From assembly GCA_963767925.1 (NCBI GenBank), contig CAVYGB010000008.1, positions 832,001-896,000 of the forward strand: a stretch of DNA of 64,000 bases, in the 5' to 3' direction. Shown here in pieces: positions 62,170 through 64,000 of the stretch. Position 1 is the first letter of the stretch. Each line of letters opens with the position of its first letter. The notes beneath the pieces are model-generated. The model had not been told where the DNA came from. It did not search any database and was given only the letters and a program-made list of their open reading frames with translations. The position numbers were made by a program, and so were the translations under genes. The stretch comes from an uncultured delta proteobacterium. Its GTDB lineage: Bacteria > Myxococcota_A > Polyangia > Fen-1088.

Positions 62170-62685
62170 TCATTTGCGCCTCGTGGCCGCGCGCAGCCCG
62201 GCTGCGGCAGTGTCTGCAAGCAGAAAGAGCCGGTTCGGCGTCGCCGGGAACTGCACGAATCCGAACGTTCGATAGAACGCTATCGCCGCTTCGTCCTTCG
62301 CGTCGACGACAATCGCGAGAGCGGCGACGGACTCGGCCGCAGCGAGGACGCGGGTGATGGCATCGGCGATCATTAATTCGCCCAGGCCCTGGCCGCGGCC
62401 ACGCACGTGACGGGCGAGGCGGCCGATGAGCGCCGCCGGGAGGTCCTTGTACTTGGGGAGCTTGCGCGTGAGGTTGGGCGGAAGGTCGTCGAGCGCCAGA
62501 GTGAACATGCTCAGGCTGTAGAAACCGACGATCCCCTGCTCGTCCAGAGCGACGAAGACGCGGGCGATGTTGCGGCGCTCGTCCTGGCCGGCTCGGGCAC
62601 GGAACCATGTGTCCAGGGCCGGCGCGCCGCACTCGAAGGTGCTCCGGTCGTGCCTGCTGCGCAGCGGCTCGAAGCGGATATTCAC
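62170..62685 (-). CDS. GNAT toxin (TacT/AtaT-like)
   Basis: HDR..F.CG...LD, PA.LIGRLA, RGQGLG, VDAKDE.A..FY. Confidence 0.9.
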   Translation of the reverse strand: MNIRFEPLRSRHDRSTFECGAPALDTWFRARAGQDERRNIARVFVALDEQGIVGFYSLSMFTLALDDLPPNLTRKLPKYKDLPAALIGRLARHVRGRGQGLGELMIADAITRVLAAAESVAALAIVVDAKDEAAIAFYRTFGFVQFPATPNRLFLLADTAAAGLRAATRRK

Positions 62686-62697
62686 AGGACCGGCAGT

Positions 62698-62976
62698 CTA
62701 ATCGGAGAACGCGCGGTGGCGGCGCAAGGCGCGGACGAGCCGGTCGGTGGGGGGAGGGGGGTTCGCCACGGCGGCCAGGAATGTGTCGCGGTCTGCGCCA
62801 CGCAGGACCATGCGCTCGTGCTCTTCGAGGATCCGGCGGGCGCCCTCGTAAGCGAGGTCGCCCGCGCCGAGGCCCGAGATAGCGCTCGCCCGCTGGATGA
62901 CCTTCCGCACTGACGGAGCCACCCGCAGCTCCATCCGCTCCGTCTTTTGCTCGCGAGTTCGCCGTGCCGTGGCCAT
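62698..62976 (-). CDS. DUF1778 RHH antitoxin (TacA-like)
   Basis: K.ERMELR...I.RA, F.AA..NPP.P...L. Confidence 0.88.
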   Translation of the reverse strand: MATARRTREQKTERMELRVAPSVRKVIQRASAISGLGAGDLAYEGARRILEEHERMVLRGADRDTFLAAVANPPPPTDRLVRALRRHRAFSD

Positions 62977-63285
62977 GAAATAGTCCCACGCACAGTGTAC
63001 GGTGATTCTCCGTACAAGTCCAACTGCTGGCGCGCTCGACGACGTCGACAACATTACAAATTTCGTCGACACCGTCGCCTCGCTCCACTTCCACGCGGCC
63101 TCGACTCCTTTCGAAGGCCGGTGGGTTCATTAGGAACGCATGCCAGCCCGACGCAGAACACTTGTCCCCGCCCAACCCCGCGACATAGCAAGCGTTCTCG
63201 ATGGCTGGGGACGAACTCTGTAAGAGCCTCTCTTGCAACATAAGGTAACTACTCACGATTTCGCCACCCCGCCCAGGTTAAGGTC

Positions 63286-63710
63286 CTGTGGCTCACGCAG
63301 ACGAGCACGGACAAGATCGGCAGGATCACGCCCGCGGGGGACGTGACCGAGTTCGCGCTTCCGTGCACCGGCTGCGGGGCTGGTGGCCATCGCGAAAGGT
63401 CCAGACGGCAACATCTGGTTCTCGGAGCGATTCGCGAAGAAGGTCCGCCGGATCACAGTCGGCGGCACTATCCAGGAGTTCCCCCTGGCGACGGGCCGGT
63501 CCCGGTGATCTGGTCGCCGGGCCGGACGGCAAGCTCTGGCTCGCGGAGTTCAAGGCCAGCAAGATCGGTCGCATCACGCTGAGCGGCAGCATCACCGAGT
63601 ACCCGGTCCCCACGCCGGATAGCAGCCCGCTGAAAATGGTTGTGGCCCCGACAGGAGACTGTGGTTCACGCAGACCACCGCGAGGAGGATCGGCCGTTTC
63701 GCGCCATGAG
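63286..63710 (+). pseudogene. Vgb (virginiamycin B lyase)-like beta-propeller fragment, frameshifted
   Basis: LW.T....KIGRITP.G.VTEF, GPDG..W repeats in different frames. Confidence 0.75.
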
Positions 63711-63770
63711 GGGCGCACTACCGCGGGGGCCCTTCTCACAGAATCACGGGCGCCCGCCCGACCCGGTCGT

Positions 63771-64000
63771 TCATTTCAGCCACTGCCGGATGGCCTCGTG
63801 GGCTTTCTCCTTGTGACGGTCGGGGGCCCCGTCCAGCAGATAGAACCGCCGTCCGCGGCATTCGATGGACAGCCTCACGAAAACTCTCTGCCACTGATGC
63901 CACTGCGGCAGCAGGCCTACCTCCCAGGCGCGCCCGCGCTGCAGCGCCAAGCGCACGTCCCGTAGGGAGGATTCGGCGAGAGTCGTTCCGCCGGCGCCTC
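63771..64000 (-). CDS. 3' end of a hypothetical protein (runs off window)
   Basis: Open frame from the window edge to stop at 63771. Confidence 0.35.
   Translation of the reverse strand, partial: GAGGTTLAESSLRDVRLALQRGRAWEVGLLPQWHQWQRVFVRLSIECRGRRFYLLDGAPDRHKEKAHEAIRQWLK

Larger units (their letters stand above)
53305..63272. mobile_element. Cassette 4 (type A ends; right att degenerate)
   Basis: Left end resembles 23447-23620; right end resembles 34311-34425. Confidence 0.65.

Noticed and set aside
23447..63272. Prophage or ICE
   Set aside because: No terminase, capsid, tail, relaxase or T4SS genes recognised.

Overview
High-GC bacterial window; the gene content (rplY-prs, stand-alone atpZ/I/B/E block, FHA-GAF-cyclase, Cys-rich lipoproteins) suggests Myxococcota/deltaproteobacteria (inference). 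1-23.4 kb is core genome ending in tRNA-Leu(CAG) at 23363-23446. 23.4-63.3 kb is accessory DNA anchored on that tRNA. The tRNA 3' part (anticodon stem to 3' end) recurs as a direct repeat at 34426, 44872 and 53245, with a degenerate fifth copy at 63273, giving four tandem 8-11 kb cassettes. Two end types occur (GGGGACAA arms and GATCCCCCAC arms). Only cassette 2 has an intact att-adjacent tyrosine integrase plus excisionase-like genes. The cassettes share reshuffled cargo: three pairs of an HEXXH metallopeptidase-like protein and an exported partner (candidate effector/immunity), a clan-CD-like protease coupled to an FGE-domain protein, a circularly permuted ROK-like protein coupled to a GT2 (twice), GT4 glycosyltransferases and three different TA modules. 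IS activity is heavy: a ParB-carrying IS21-like element, IS21/IS5/IS3/IS66 remnants and a partial RIT. All family assignments come from motif recognition by eye; no searches were run.
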